This document shows, one piece after another, positions 1 to 8,412 of a DNA stretch of 63,981 nt. The notes beneath the pieces are model-generated. The model did no database searches. It was given only the letters and a program-made list of their open reading frames with translations, and had not been told where the DNA came from. Made by a program: the position numbers and the translations under genes. Source of the DNA: a virus (Duplodnaviria; Caudoviricetes); IMG/VR virus record IMGVR_UViG_3300014933_000403, positions 1 to 63,981 of that record; one strand, written 5' to 3'. How positions within the stretch are numbered: position 1 is the first letter of the stretch; every line of letters begins with the position of its first letter.

Positions 1-376
1 CAAGATACCAGAACGGGTTTCCTACGACAACATGAACGACACCGAGAGAATTCAGCATCTCAAAGACGAGAATGAGCATTTACGCACAATTGTAAGAGAT
101 ATTGAGGAAGACAGCCGGTTCAATCTGCTATTTGCATGCAACCGTAAGAACAACGAGATGGCCAGAGTGCTCAACCGATCAGTGATCTCTCTGGAAGATA
201 AATCTATAGAGAACTACCAGAAGATGGTGAAGGGTATGAAGGATACACTGAAGGTTACCCAAGAACTTTTTGATGAATACCTACACCTTGACGAAAACGG
301 AATCAGGGACACTGCTAAGGAAATAGAAGAGAAGGGCACCCCACTCATTGAGCAGAGGGCTACAAAAAGTAAATAG
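1..376 (+). CDS. Hypothetical helical protein; N-terminus probably lies at the other end of the window (ATG 63956)
   Basis: Frame is open from base 2 through the tracked ATG at 32; joining the ends gives MEKDSHPYTKIPERVSYDNMNDTERIQ... with no stop. Confidence 0.65.
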   Translation, partial: KIPERVSYDNMNDTERIQHLKDENEHLRTIVRDIEEDSRFNLLFACNRKNNEMARVLNRSVISLEDKSIENYQKMVKGMKDTLKVTQELFDEYLHLDENGIRDTAKEIEEKGTPLIEQRATKSK

Positions 377-398
377 CCCCGTAAAGAGGCTATTTACT
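368..398. terminator. Bidirectional intrinsic terminator-like hairpin
   Basis: AGTAAATAGCC...GGCTATTTACT inverted repeat between convergent genes. Confidence 0.65.
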
Positions 399-416
399 AA
401 AAATTCACTGATCAAC

Positions 417-629
417 TTATGCATTCGCTAAAGTAACCAACTGGGCAACTGTTTCCACTACTGAGTACTGGAATTGGTTACCAATGGTCTGGATATTTGC
501 ATGCAATGCAGTGTTATTACCGTTGTAAGGTAAGAACTGACACTGAGCAACCGGGAAGCCTATCTTATAGATATTCTTTGCCGGGTAGCTGTTGATCTCA
601 TAGACGTTTACTGAAATGTTCTGTGCCAT
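417..629 (-). CDS. Small hypothetical protein, possibly a virion accessory protein
   Basis: 70-aa ORF rich in N/Q/V/A with few charged residues; ends at the shared terminator. Confidence 0.6.
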   Translation of the reverse strand: MAQNISVNVYEINSYPAKNIYKIGFPVAQCQFLPYNGNNTALHANIQTIGNQFQYSVVETVAQLVTLANA

Positions 630-705
630 GGTATCATGTTTAATGAACCATAAAGCTGCCCCGTATCAGTGGTTTAAAAAAAATTCTGAAAAAAATTGTA
701 GAAAA

Positions 706-740
706 TATTTGGAAAGTAATGTAAGGTACATTACCTTAGC
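706..740 (+). promoter_or_regulatory. Bacteroidota -33/-7 promoter with embedded palindromic operator, copy 1
   Basis: TTTG(708)-N20-TACCTTAG(732); GTAATGTA-agg-TACATTAC palindrome at 716-734; near-identical copy at 10341. Confidence 0.75.
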
Positions 741-762
741 GTCCATAATCAAATGAAAACAT

Positions 763-912
763 ATGGCACAGATTTCTGCATCATTCCCGCCCGAGGTTAT
801 TGAGGAAGTGAACAAAGAGAAAAGTAAAGAACCAAGGGAAACAACATTTTCATCCATGGTGCTTATCCTTGTTGAGGAAGCACTGGATGCCAGGAAGAAA
901 AAGAAAAAGTAA
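763..912 (+). CDS. Ribbon-helix-helix (Arc/CopG-like) DNA-binding protein, 49 aa, not in the ORF track
   Basis: MAQISASFPPEVIEEVNKEKSKEPRETTFSSMVLILVEEALDARKKKKK: strand-helix-turn-helix pattern, first gene after the promoter. Confidence 0.65.
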   Translation: MAQISASFPPEVIEEVNKEKSKEPRETTFSSMVLILVEEALDARKKKKK

Positions 913-999
913 AACCCATCCCCCGATAGCCGAGATCGAATAGAAACCCGATGATCCGTTCAAAGGTATTTCTCTTGGCACATTTTAAAACCTGATCCC

Positions 1000-1164
1000 A
1001 TGGAAGTAGAGTTTATTTATTTGGAAGGTTTTACCACTCCTATGCCTGTCGATGACAAACAGATAAGGGAAGGTTGGGAAGAATTTACTTATCCGTTCAA
1101 GGCTTTAATTGCTGTGGGTATATTGTGTTGTTTTTATGTTGCATATAAGGTATCAACATGGTAG
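1000..1164 (+). CDS. Small membrane protein, 54 aa, not in the ORF track
   Basis: MEVEFIYLEG...ALIAVGILCCFYVAYKVSTW with a C-terminal hydrophobic helix. Confidence 0.5.
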   Translation: MEVEFIYLEGFTTPMPVDDKQIREGWEEFTYPFKALIAVGILCCFYVAYKVSTW

Positions 1165-1249
1165 ATTACAGGGTCATAGAAGCTATTGAAATGCAGATGC
1201 GTGGGTTCGGGAAGAACCGAATTAAAAGGTCATTTAAAAACAAAAATAT

Positions 1250-1888
1250 ATGGGACTCAACAAGGATACAGGTTCAGCCACCTTTGTCAATATCAAGGAA
1301 GGCCAGTTGTACACAAAGAAAAAGGGCGGTGAACCCGAGTTCTTCAAATCTCTTACCGGTACCATTATTAAGGTCAACTTTAAGGAGGATGAATTCAATG
1401 GTAAGAAGTTTGAAGTGGCTCAGTTTACCATCGTAGATGGCGAAGAAACCTTTGTACTTCAGATGAGAACCGATAGCGGGTATTTCCGTGGTTTCTCTAA
1501 TTCCCTTCGTTCTGGATATCCTGATCAGGTGTTTACCGTATCTGCCTCTTCTGTTAAGGGGGAAGGCGATAAGCCAAAGACAACATGCTTTATTAACCAG
1601 GATGGGTTGGCATTGAAATGGTATTCTACCAGAACTGATCCAAAAGATGTTCCGGAATTAGAGTCCCGTGAGTGGAAGGGTAACACGGAGTGGGATGGCA
1701 GCAAGCAGATTAAATACTGGAAGGATTGGTGGCTGTCGATTAAGTTTAACCATCAGTTGATTGCTTCTGCTGTTTCGGAAGAACAATCAGCCGGAGGCCA
1801 GGCTGCTGATTTTTACAGTCAGAAAAACTCAACACATTCTGCAAATGCAAGTGATTTACAAGAACCGCTTGAAGATTTACCATTTTAG
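1250..1888 (+). CDS. Putative single-stranded DNA-binding protein
   Basis: Beta-rich N-terminal domain, flexible tail, acidic end EDLPF; located in the replication module. Confidence 0.6.
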   Translation: MGLNKDTGSATFVNIKEGQLYTKKKGGEPEFFKSLTGTIIKVNFKEDEFNGKKFEVAQFTIVDGEETFVLQMRTDSGYFRGFSNSLRSGYPDQVFTVSASSVKGEGDKPKTTCFINQDGLALKWYSTRTDPKDVPELESREWKGNTEWDGSKQIKYWKDWWLSIKFNHQLIASAVSEEQSAGGQAADFYSQKNSTHSANASDLQEPLEDLPF

Positions 1889-1919
1889 AATGGTAGTTTT
1901 TTAAAATAATTTTATAGTT

Positions 1920-2816
1920 ATGTCGGAATTTATAGAAGAACAACCTTCAACGCAGCCGGATAGCCAGCTTGTAAAGTTTAGCGAGTCTGCTGCTGCGGTA
2001 GCGGCCATGAAAGAAAAGTGTAAAGGGCTTACCGTTGATGGCGTGAAGGATCATAAAGGTCTTGCCAAAGTTCGTGAATCAAGACTTGAGGTGAAGAGAA
2101 CCAGGGTTGATCTGGAGAAGTATGCAGACTCAATCAAGGCACCGGCTTTGAAGTTCTTGCGTACTGTTAATGAACAACTGAATCCGTTGGTGTATGAGAT
2201 GGAGCAGATTGAGAAACCTCTATACCAGATTGAGAAGGATATCGAAAAAGAGAAGAAACGTCTGGAGGAAGAGCGTATCCAAAAACGTGTTGATCAGCTT
2301 GGTCAATATGCTGCACCGTTTGATTTCTCCATCGTTAAGAAGATGTCTGAGAAAGATTTCAAGAAGTTTTTAGCTGAGGCTAAATCTACTTTCGAAAGAG
2401 AGCAGTATGAAAAACAGGTAGCTGAACAGAAGCTTAAATTGGAACAGGAAGAACTCGCTAGACAACAGGAAGAGTTACTAGCGCAGCAACAGCAGAAAGA
2501 AGAGGTGACACCTATTATTACTGAGGTGGTAGAAGTTATGGAGTCGCAAACGTTTGCCCCGATTCCAGAAGATCAACTCCCGCCTAAATATTTTGTAGAG
2601 GTGGGTAGTGTAGAAACTGCTGTTTTTGACGCTACTAAAATTGATGAAAGGATTTCGTTACTCAAGCGTGATTATGCCAAAATAAATGACCTTACCAGAT
2701 GGCTTGATGCTATATTGTACCCTTCGTTAGAAGATGCTCACCATAATGAGGTTCTGTTCGAAGCTGTCAGACACATCACCCACATCAAACTTATTTTCCA
2801 GGATCTCATAAAATAA
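1920..2816 (+). CDS. Coiled-coil phage protein (DUF1351-like)
   Basis: Long E/K/Q heptads; KVRESRLEVKRTRVDLEK pattern typical of recombination-module coiled coils. Confidence 0.5.
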   Translation: MSEFIEEQPSTQPDSQLVKFSESAAAVAAMKEKCKGLTVDGVKDHKGLAKVRESRLEVKRTRVDLEKYADSIKAPALKFLRTVNEQLNPLVYEMEQIEKPLYQIEKDIEKEKKRLEEERIQKRVDQLGQYAAPFDFSIVKKMSEKDFKKFLAEAKSTFEREQYEKQVAEQKLKLEQEELARQQEELLAQQQQKEEVTPIITEVVEVMESQTFAPIPEDQLPPKYFVEVGSVETAVFDATKIDERISLLKRDYAKINDLTRWLDAILYPSLEDAHHNEVLFEAVRHITHIKLIFQDLIK

Positions 2817-2821
2817 TTATC

Positions 2822-3313
2822 ATGCCTTGTGCTTGGCCCGGATGTTCATTTCATAATGTGGACGGAGATTACTGTCCCCGTCATAGACCAAAGGGACAAC
2901 CTAAGGAGAAAAAAGTATACCATATACCTAAGGTGAGTCCTAAGACCCAAGCCAGGCAGGAACAGCATAAGCTTGAGAATGCCGAGATGGATTTATTCTG
3001 GATGCAAGCAGAACGCGAGATCGATAAGAATCCATACTGTATGGAATGCGGTGAGTTTATTGATAAAGAATATTACCGTGCTGCCACAGCCCATATTTTC
3101 CCAAAAGGGATATTTGATTCAATCAAGGCTCACCCAATGAACAAATTATTCCTAGGAGCAGGGTGTGGATGCCACGATCGGACCCATAGGCTTGATACTT
3201 TTTCAAAAATGAAGGTCTGGAAGATAGCAGTTCATCGATTCCAGATATTCCGTCCAATGATCACAGAGAAACATAAATACTTAACCGAATTCGAAAAATA
3301 CGCTAACATATGA
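2822..3313 (+). CDS. HNH/NinG-like zinc-binding nuclease
   Basis: CMECG...AHIFPK...HPMN...CGCHDRTH motifs. Confidence 0.6.
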   Translation: MPCAWPGCSFHNVDGDYCPRHRPKGQPKEKKVYHIPKVSPKTQARQEQHKLENAEMDLFWMQAEREIDKNPYCMECGEFIDKEYYRAATAHIFPKGIFDSIKAHPMNKLFLGAGCGCHDRTHRLDTFSKMKVWKIAVHRFQIFRPMITEKHKYLTEFEKYANI

Positions 3314-4395
3314 AAGCAGTAGTAAACACTAAAATGTTGTGGTCGGCACTAACAAGCATGTCTGCAGCACAAGAAAATAAAAGCTTGATCCCAGTTCTTG
3401 AAAATGTAAAGCTTGTGTTTTCAGAAACCCAGGTTACGCTCACCTTATCCAACCTTAACCTGACCATCATAAGGTCTGTGCCAGCTAATGTTAAAGAACC
3501 GTTCACTACTCTTGTTCCGTACGGGGAGTTGAACAGGATCTGTGGCGTTCTTGCCGATGCTCCCATGGTTATTGAAACCAAGACAACTGGTGTAGTTATA
3601 TCATGCAACGAGGATGTGTTCAAGATTGGTAAGACCGATGATGCTAAAGACTACCCACCGGTACCATTGTTCGATGTAACAGATTCTGTTAAGGTAGATG
3701 GGACTGTTTTCTTTGCTTTGAATGCCGCAGCCGATTTCGCTCTGCCATCACATATGAATATGGAGAACGTGTGTTTGAATGTACATGATGGGATGATTGA
3801 TGTTGTTGGGTTGAACGGTCAAATCATGTATATCTCCACGACTCCTGTTGAATCAAAAATGTCGAAGAGGATAGCATTCCATTATTCATTCGTTGAAGCG
3901 ATAAAAAAATTCCAGGAGGCAGAGTTGTTCTTCTCTGACCGGTTCTTAAAAATAGTATCTGAAGATACAGAGGTGATCATCCGTGTGTCAGAGGCAGGGT
4001 TCCTGAATTACGAGCATGTGATCAAGAATATCCGCGAACCAAACTGCACTATGTCACCTATTGATCTGTATGCGTGTATGAATAAGATCATGATCTACAA
4101 ACCGGTTCTTGGGTTCTTCTTATACAAAATGAGCCTGGTCAAAGGGAAGGCAGTTATTGAGTTCGTTGATACCAACAAGGAATTGCGTTCTGAGATCGCT
4201 GCAACACATGACCTTAAACTTAGCATTACATTCAATGCGAAGTTTACGAAGACAGTGTTGTCTAATTTGCCGCCAGAGTGTGACTCAATAACGCTATCCA
4301 TCGCTGACGAAAAAACAGTTGTGTTTGTCAAGCCAGTTAATGACCCAACCACAACTATTATTATCACACCAGTTTATAACCAACCCACAAAGTAA
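3310..4395 (+). CDS. dnaN: DNA polymerase III beta sliding clamp-like protein
   Basis: 361 aa; IPVLENVKL, SNLNLTI, DYPPVP, FLNYEHVI, FNAKF and IITPV match DnaN motifs. Confidence 0.8.
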   Translation: MKAVVNTKMLWSALTSMSAAQENKSLIPVLENVKLVFSETQVTLTLSNLNLTIIRSVPANVKEPFTTLVPYGELNRICGVLADAPMVIETKTTGVVISCNEDVFKIGKTDDAKDYPPVPLFDVTDSVKVDGTVFFALNAAADFALPSHMNMENVCLNVHDGMIDVVGLNGQIMYISTTPVESKMSKRIAFHYSFVEAIKKFQEAELFFSDRFLKIVSEDTEVIIRVSEAGFLNYEHVIKNIREPNCTMSPIDLYACMNKIMIYKPVLGFFLYKMSLVKGKAVIEFVDTNKELRSEIAATHDLKLSITFNAKFTKTVLSNLPPECDSITLSIADEKTVVFVKPVNDPTTTIIITPVYNQPTK

Positions 4396-4396
4396 G

Positions 4397-4615
4397 ATGC
4401 CAACCGAATTAAGCCAGGCATGCCTAGAACTGATTAAAGCTAAGGCTTCTCGTATATCCATAAACGAGCGTGAGCGGTTCTACTATGAAGCTGGCATGAA
4501 GGCTGCACTTACTACCGATGAGATACATCATGCTGCAGGCCTTATAAGCGGTATTCCTCCTAAGCCAAAACCAAAGTACAAATACCCATACAATCCCAAT
4601 TACAAGAAAAAATAA
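4397..4615 (+). CDS. Hypothetical protein
   Basis: ATG follows the dnaN stop; start refined from the tracked 4319. Confidence 0.55.
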   Translation: MPTELSQACLELIKAKASRISINERERFYYEAGMKAALTTDEIHHAAGLISGIPPKPKPKYKYPYNPNYKKK

Positions 4616-4621
4616 ACCGCC

Positions 4622-4792
4622 ATGGAAAAGATGATTCACATCCACGCTAAATGCGATCAGTTTGAAATATTTGAAATTGTACCAGAGAAAAAGTGTGTGC
4701 AGAGATTGAAGACCATTCGAGATATGTTTAAAAACAGGTATAGTGATAAGTTGGTAGTTAAAACGCAGATTCACAACCCAACACTATTCTAA
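4622..4792 (+). CDS. Hypothetical protein, 56 aa, not in the ORF track
   Basis: Fills the operon gap; TAATG coupling to the next gene. Confidence 0.5.
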   Translation: MEKMIHIHAKCDQFEIFEIVPEKKCVQRLKTIRDMFKNRYSDKLVVKTQIHNPTLF

Positions 4793-5136
4793 TGACCTTA
4801 CTATCCATCATAGAAGAGGGCGAACGCAGGAAGAACATCGGTATGGAAGAAGCCGCTGATCACGCTGAGGAGGAATCTCCACAGTGGAAGCAGCGAGCAT
4901 TTAACCTTCTGGTGAGATACCTCAGCGAATATCCTAAGCCACATCAATTCCAGGCAGAAGACTTCCGGAACTGGTGTGAAATGGGTAAGTTTATTCAGGA
5001 GCCGCCTAGCAAGAGGGCTTATGGATCTATCGTGCTCAGAGCCGCCAAGCAGGGATTGATCAAAAAGATTGGCCACGCAACAGTAAAAAACGTGACAGCC
5101 CACCGCTGTTTCGCAACACTATGGGAAAGTATATAG
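4792..5136 (+). CDS. Conserved-looking phage hypothetical protein
   Basis: FQAEDFR...PPSKRAYG...AAKQGLI...H..ATLW motif set; operon position. Confidence 0.65.
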   Translation: MTLLSIIEEGERRKNIGMEEAADHAEEESPQWKQRAFNLLVRYLSEYPKPHQFQAEDFRNWCEMGKFIQEPPSKRAYGSIVLRAAKQGLIKKIGHATVKNVTAHRCFATLWESI

Positions 5137-5420
5137 CTATTGGGAATATCAATAAAAAGCCGTTCCCGAAAGAACCTGCTTATCCAATTGCTAAGGAAAT
5201 CCCTGACGTTGATCCTGTGGCAAGAGATGTGGCATTTATAGGTATGCTGATCGGCAGACATAGGCACAGCCTCTCCAGAGGAGTGAATAATCATTTTGAG
5301 CAGGAATTGAGTAAATTTATACAACAGGTAAAATCTCAGGCATATAGCAAAGGATTAAAGGATATGGATAGAATGCATGGAAAAATAGACACCTTAAATC
5401 AAGAAGAAGATGGAAAGTAG
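5121..5420 (+). CDS. Hypothetical protein
   Basis: Overlaps both neighbours in the operon. Confidence 0.55.
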   Translation: MGKYIAIGNINKKPFPKEPAYPIAKEIPDVDPVARDVAFIGMLIGRHRHSLSRGVNNHFEQELSKFIQQVKSQAYSKGLKDMDRMHGKIDTLNQEEDGK

Positions 5421-6120
5421 TTTCCCACACCCGGTAAACCCAAAATCAAACCCAAAGATCGTAGCACTCATCGGTCTACATGGTGCAATAGGTTATGGCC
5501 TTTACTGGTCAGTAATTGAAATGCTGCTCGCAGAGCCTGCAGGTAGGCTACAGTTGAAGCCCTGGCTTTACAGTGCCCTGACATCACTCATGAATCTTCC
5601 TAAGGAATACGATATGGAAGGATTCGTTTCAGATTGTATCAACACGGTGGAGTTATTCGCTACCGATGGTGATTACTTCTGGGATGAAACTATACAACCG
5701 GCAGCATTCAAAAAGAAACCTGCTGCTAGGGTAGCCACCATAAAATCCAACCCGGAAATACAGAAGAAATGGGCTGAACTAGAGAAAATACTCCCTGCCA
5801 ATATCACAGAGCGTTGGGTAATCATTAAAACGTTTATCACAGATGAAAAGCCTGACTTCATAGAACCATACGCCACCGCATGGAACATCTTCGCATCCTC
5901 CCAAAAGCTTGCCCAGATAGAAGCCATCAACGAGACCAGGAAGAAGAAATTCGCCACCAGGATCAAGGATGAATTATTCAGCTTTTATGCTATCTTGGAG
6001 GTGATCAAAAAGGATGAATTCTACCGAGGGTTGAAACAGGGGCAAGATTGGAAGGTGACATGGGATCACATATTCGAGAATGAAATGAATTACCTCAAAA
6101 TACTTGAAAAAAGAAAATGA
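5410..6120 (+). CDS. Putative replication initiator (DUF4373-like N-terminal domain)
   Basis: PKIVALIGLHGAIGYGLYWSVIEML N-terminus; C-terminal WN..A....L...I...RKK...WKVTWDHIF..NYLKILE domain; upstream of the helicase. Confidence 0.65.
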   Translation: MESSFPHPVNPKSNPKIVALIGLHGAIGYGLYWSVIEMLLAEPAGRLQLKPWLYSALTSLMNLPKEYDMEGFVSDCINTVELFATDGDYFWDETIQPAAFKKKPAARVATIKSNPEIQKKWAELEKILPANITERWVIIKTFITDEKPDFIEPYATAWNIFASSQKLAQIEAINETRKKKFATRIKDELFSFYAILEVIKKDEFYRGLKQGQDWKVTWDHIFENEMNYLKILEKRK

Positions 6121-6649
6121 CCAAAGACATCGTACTAGTAGAGTTGTTCAGCGTCATTGGTGGCTTTCACTTAGGTCTCAAGAACGCAGGATTTAATATT
6201 ACCCATTGTCTCTTCTCAGAGATTGATGATCACGCTATTGCTAACTATAAATACAATTTCCCAGATGCAGAACACATTGGATCTGTTCTAGATGTAAGAG
6301 GAGAGGATATTAGAGAAATGTTTCCTGATTCAACCATCGTTGTTACCTTTGGTTTTCCTTGTCAGGATTTAAGTATAGCAGGTAAAAGGCTAGGTTTTAA
6401 AGGTGCTAGAAGTAGCCTTTTTTACCATGCTGCTAGGATTGTCAGACAAATTCAGGCAGATTTGTATATATGGGAAAACGTGCCAGGACTAATGTCTTCG
6501 AATGGCGGTGATGATATCAAGGCTGTTTTCGAGGAGATGTATTTAAGTGGGTATATTTTTGATTTTGAAGAATTAAATACTAACTGGGTTCTCCCTCAGA
6601 ACCGAAGTAGGATTTACTCGGTTGGATTCAACATAAAAAATCTACAAAA

Positions 6650-7276
6650 ATGTTTAATAGAAACAGATGGTCACCCGAAGAACTTGAATCATTACGTCAA
6701 AATTATACAAGGCGTTCTTCTAACGAAGTGTCCAGACTACTTAACAGAAGTCCCAAGTCAGTTCGATCAAAAGCGGAAAGACTTGGCATTAGATTACTGG
6801 AAAACAAGGGAGCAGGGTCAGTACCTTGGACAGAATCTGAAAGACAAATTCTTAGGGATAATACAAACTCTCCCATTAGAGAAATTGCAAAGCTTATACC
6901 TGCACATACAATCATTGCAATTAAAGCACAACGATCAAAACTTAAATACTTCCCAGACCAAACCCCAAAACATAATAGTAACGGATACAATGTCAGATAC
7001 GGAACAGATGAGTCTGGGAAAAGAAAGTCGTTCATGGTACATAGAGATGTTATCGAACAATCTATCGGCAGAAAACTACTTAGTAGTGAGCAGGTTCATC
7101 ATATTGATTTCAATAAACGAAACAACGAAGAACCAAACCTTTTCTTATGCAGAGATGCAGAGGAACATAGAACTATTCATCATACACTTAACTATCTTGT
7201 TTCCGAACTGCTGGGAAGAGGCGTTATATGGTTTGATAGAGAAGAAAAAAAATATAAACTATGCCCAGAAAAATAG
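6650..7276 (+). mobile_element. HNH homing endonuclease with N-terminal Myb/HTH-like repeats, nested in an alternate frame of the methyltransferase
   Basis: WSPEELESL and WTESERQIL repeats; HR.VIE..IGRKL...EQVHHIDFNKRNN...NLFLC...EH..IH. Confidence 0.85.
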
Positions 7277-7293
7277 AGTAAGCAAAAGAAACC

Positions 7294-7503
7294 TTGCATC
7301 AACTGATGATAGTAATGCCGTTCGATTTCCCTCTCCCAATGAAACGACAAATGAACCTGTCGGATATTCTGGAGCCGGATGCTTCGGAGGATTACTTCCT
7401 ATCACCGAAGACGATTGCGGGTCTCTTGAAGGGTCAAGCGCCTCCACAACTGTTAGAACAATCACAGCAGGAGGGAACTCAGCCGGGATGCATTCCAACA
7501 TGA
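7294..7503 (+). CDS. Putative EcoHK31I-type methyltransferase beta subunit in the third frame
   Basis: NLSDILEPDASEDYFLSPKTIAGLLK resembles the beta-subunit consensus as I recall it (SLSDILE...KYYLS...CAGIL). Confidence 0.6.
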   Translation: MHQLMIVMPFDFPLPMKRQMNLSDILEPDASEDYFLSPKTIAGLLKGQAPPQLLEQSQQEGTQPGCIPT

Positions 7504-8412
7504 CGCTGATCATTAATGACGAAGGTGAATTTAAAGATCGTGATATGGCAACTGCGATTGATTCCAATTACCATAAAGGAACAGACTCGCATCGGCAGAG
7601 GTCTATGGTTAAAATTGAAGCCACCACCTTATTCGACCAAGACACCATGCCTACCATGCCTACCATGCGTAAAGGCGGTGCGATGACGATGACCAAAAAG
7701 CACAACTGGGATGTTGTAAAAATAAAATCAGCAACAAAGGATGGTTATGAAGAAGCAACAGTAGGAGATTCTATAAATCTGTCCATCCCCAACTCTGCCA
7801 CCCGAAGGGGCAGAGTTGGGGATGGACAGGCGAACACATTGGATACTCAATCAAACCAGGCAGTGATTGTAGCAAGCAGAGGTCGCGGAGAAAATAATGA
7901 GCAGACGCTAGAACCGAACACCACGAACACCACGAACACCATTACAGGAGTGCAGAAAGACAATATGGTCATGCTTGACACCAGACAGAAAAGCCATGAT
8001 CAAAAATCTGGCAAATCGGGCATCAGAGAATACACAGATGAATCACCAACCATCAGTTCAACTATACAGAAGGATGTACCGAAAGTGATTTCTCAGGAAG
8101 ACAACATGATGCTGCGTGATGGCAGAGACAACAGGTCTTGTCTTAAATCTGGAAGACAGACTGAACTGGGAATGGAAGGCGTATCAATCAGAAGGCTGAC
8201 AGAGGTGGAGTGTGAAAGATTACAGGGATTCCCTGATAATTAGACTAAGTATGGCATCTATGACAGGATGACTAAATTCAACAGAGTTAAGTTTGATTTT
8301 GACTCTATATCTGGGATGAAAGAAATATCACGATCAAGCAGGTATAAATTATGTGGCAATGCAGTAAGCGTATGTATGCCAGAACTAATTGGAAGAAAAA
8401 TACTACAGCAGA

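Noticed and set aside
6621-7365. Intein or canonical group I intron in the methyltransferase
   Set aside because: No Cys/Ser start or His-Asn end, the nuclease is in a different frame, and the non-HNH flanks are too short for a ribozyme core
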